Positions 60,926-64,000 of a stretch of DNA of 64,000 bases are shown here, one piece after another. Both the position numbers and the translations under genes were made by a program. Positions within the stretch are counted from its first letter, which is position 1. Each line of letters opens with the position of its first letter. The DNA comes from Lama glama. Its lineage: Eukaryota. The notes beneath the pieces were generated by a model. It had not been told where the DNA came from and did not search any database. It worked only from the letters and a program-made list of their open reading frames with translations. The stretch covers positions 87,050,001 through 87,114,000 of the forward strand of contig CM052816.1 in NCBI GenBank assembly GCA_028534125.1, read 5' to 3'.

Positions 60926-62079
60926 TAATTCTGCTTAACTTCTAACAGCATTTAACAATTTTATAAGTGACAAGGGAAAACAGTGACACACATTGAAATA
61001 TTATAATAAATTTAATAGCAGTCTACAATGGTAGATCATCATATTAATGATGAACTAATAATATTTTAAAATATTAACCTATTAATTTATTAATTGACCA
61101 GGAATTGTCCAACCTGTGTGTCATTAACCTCCAAATATGGCATTTGAGTTATATTCCCTTTCGAAACTCTCTAATTTTGATTAAGTAAATAATGATATTA
61201 TAAAAGAAATATAATCTGTCATCTTCCATCTCTATCAATTTCAAAAATATAATTTTAAAAATTATAGGCAAAATAAATAAAATTAATAATTTTTTGCTAT
61301 AAAGTTAGATCAATTGATCCTAACTATGAAAGATTCATCTATTTCTTTTTACCTTAGAGACATTTTGTAGGAAAAGTTTAATGTATTTCATATGAAATAA
61401 TGTAGCCTGAAAATAAATAGAAGTATCTAGATACTTAAAAATATTTGTATTAGATTTCAGTTTATATTTCTCTCTAAAAAAAATCAGTTTGCTTCCTATT
61501 ATAATTTTGAAAAAACTAAATTAATTGCAACAAATACACTGTATTTTAAAATACCCTTAATTTTACTAATCAAATGAAACTACTCTATTTTAGTATATTT
61601 CTTTCCAACAATTTGTCTATTCTTTATGTATGGACAATTGTTCACAATTTTCAGTCCTGATTTTGAAATATAAGTTTATATAGTGAGCATTTGCTTTATT
61701 GAAAATATTTTATAAAATTAGTCTGAATGCTTTCCAGTTTGCTATGTATTTTATTGTAAGGTGGCACCATAATGTAACATTTCTTTTACCATAAGGATTT
61801 ATTTTTGATTTTGCTTTTAAATGTAAAGCAAATATGAGAAGCATATTTTTTAATATATGCTTATTTTCTTTGGAAAAATTCTAAAATTGAATGCTAGAAA
61901 AATAATCAGACTAATTTTTAATATGATATCAATTGTGATATGTATAACCAAACATATCATATCAATTACTGTCATAGCATGACATGATCATACTTTATTT
62001 CTATTCATGCATGTATCTAGTGATAAATATCTGTTATTATAAACTAGCATTACACAACTACTGTATAAAGGTAGTATCT

Positions 62080-63060
62080 CACTACCTTTCTAATCTAATA
62101 TTATACTAAGCATAGCTCACATATTATTCATTGATTAAATAATAATTTCTAGTTACTGCAAGGTGCATTATTATTTACAGACTTTGTATTTACCTAATCA
62201 CCAATATAGGGTATTTAAGGTAACTTATTTGAAACTTGCAATTTCATTTTAATGAAACTACTTACTCAATTCTGTATATTTCCCATTATTTCCTTCATAA
62301 TGAATGGCATTGACTGTTCAATTAATATGATAATATTAATCTTAAAAGAATTTAATACAGCTTTTCATAAAATGGTTTGTATATTTTCACTTTATGACTG
62401 TTTTCTGCATTTATAAACATATTTAATATTGTCATTAAAATGTTTTACCAATTTACCAATTTGATGGGAAAATATATAAATTGGGTGAATGTGCTTTTTT
62501 CTTTGCATACCAGTTTTCTGAATATTTCTCTGTTCAGAAATAATTAGAAAGAATTTTATTCTTTCCAAATACTCAGTGGTCTCCTTATTTTTATTTTTTG
62601 TTTATTAAACTTTGTTGAATTTTTTTTGTCCAGTATGTTTTTTGGTTGTTTATTTGTTCCATGTGACTGTTGATGTAAAAATTGTCTTTAAATTTTATTA
62701 AGTCAAATGAATTGACCATTTCTATTGTCTTCTGTTTTGTTTTATATATGCTAAACTCAATCTTACTAGCTTTAGGAATTTGATCTGTATTATTCCTCCC
62801 TCTCCGCTAAAATTTTACTTTTATTTATTTTGTAGAAAGGGACCCTGAGATTCTTGCATTGATTATTTTACTACTTGAATTTCTTTAACTATTTAAAACT
62901 ATTTTAACATTTTAAAGCATTTTATCAAGCATTTGATAAAACATATTTCCTTGATTTGGTAATATGTTGATTTAACTAAACATTCTGTCCTTATTACATC
63001 TTTTATTTTTCTTTTTTTGTCTATCCTTTTATAAATGATGTAAGTGATGCAATTACCTTT
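62080..63060 (-). mobile_element. Very old L1ME-type remnant (antisense)
   Basis: T-rich, with 'tatttacctaatcaccaatatagggtatttaagg', 'ccaatttgatgggaaaa', 'agtcaaatgaattgaccatt'. Confidence 0.45.
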
Positions 63061-64000
63061 CATAAGACTAAAAGGGATTTTTCTCTCTCTTTATGGGCTG
63101 AAGTGTTATCACCTCTGGTCCTATCCTTCTCATTCTCCTCTTTTTTCTCTTAACTTCTGAGTCCTTGGGAGGAAAAAATAATAAAGTAATTTACAAAACC
63201 ATAAACAAATTAGTCCCAATATTAACGCATCAGGAACATTTTTATCATAAGGGCACAGACACAAGTACATCTCCTGCATGTGAACGACAGAATGTTCTAC
63301 CCAGGATTGGCCCACTATCCCATGTGAAGGTTATAAAGTGTTTTCCCAAATATAAAATCACGGTTGAGGTGGGTCGAGATCAGGCATGCACTGAGGGAAA
63401 GGAAGGCTGATATAGAAGTCTTCAGCTTTTCATTGGATTTGAAAATTAAAAGCAGAATTTCTGCTTTGTGTTAGGTCTGAAGAATGTCACAACCTTTGTT
63501 AATTGTCTGTGGAAGCTCAGCCAGTGATGAAGCTCAGTCAGGATGAAAAAGAGGCTTTCAGGTTCCACCAAGGTTAAAACTGATGGAATTCCCTGCCATC
63601 CACCTGGAATACTGCTTTCATCCCCCCACCTCATCACACCCATCTTTTGAAATTTCTAAGACCAAGATAAAGACATCCTTTGCCAGACACAAAACTTGCC
63701 AAGATCCCATTCTGTGAATTCTTGGTTTAAAAAAAAAATTAGACTGGAAAAGCAAGTTTTAGAATTAAGGGTTGAACTACTATTACCAGGATTTGAACAA
63801 TTATAAACCAAGGGAAGGTGAGTCTCATTCAAGGAGGCTCGTTCCTTCTTGGTTGTTCCGGGACTCAGGAGGGAACTCCAGACACATTTCTGCAGCCATG
63901 TCCCTTTTGCAAGGTGGGCAAGAGCATAAATCTCAGAAATGTTGTCTTTTTTTTTCCAATATCCTGTAGGAAAAAGACACTTTGAGATCAGGCTGATTTT

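Noticed and set aside
1..64000. CRISPR arrays, operons or other prokaryote-type systems; host protein-coding exons
   Set aside because: The sequence is mammalian repeat-rich DNA; no repeat-spacer arrays, long ORFs or convincing coding exons were seen. Short exons cannot be excluded by eye.

Overview
AT-rich, CpG-depleted mammalian genomic DNA, intergenic or deep intronic. It is very probably a camelid: a Vic-1-type tRNA-derived SINE lies at 42354-42492 alongside cetartiodactyl-type L1 3' ends. I find no credible host protein-coding gene. The only recognisable translated motifs belong to retroelements: the L1 ORF2 C-terminus, decayed ERVL protease/RNase H/integrase, and one ancient L2-clade motif. 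Much of the window is a layered fossil record of repeats: MIR, L2, L1M/L1MA, MaLR (MLT1) LTRs, LTR16, ERVL, Tigger1, lineage-specific L1, ERV1 solo LTRs and a SINE. The most noteworthy items are (1) an open 29-codon relic of a sauropsid-like L2 next to a CpG-rich, hairpin-rich patch, a candidate exapted regulatory element at 31.4-32.2 kb; (2) a 35-nt 3'-truncated U2 snRNA retrocopy with a 16-bp TSD inside a Tigger1 derivative; (3) three 5'-inverted (twin-primed) L1 insertions within 15.5 kb; (4) an ERVL provirus lacking the RT core, with a young LTR in its integrase; and (5) two recent microhomology-bounded tandem duplications of 128 and 94 bp. I see no evidence for a wholly new biological system. 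Repeat subfamily names are from memory of consensus sequences, not from a search, and the boundaries of old repeats are approximate.
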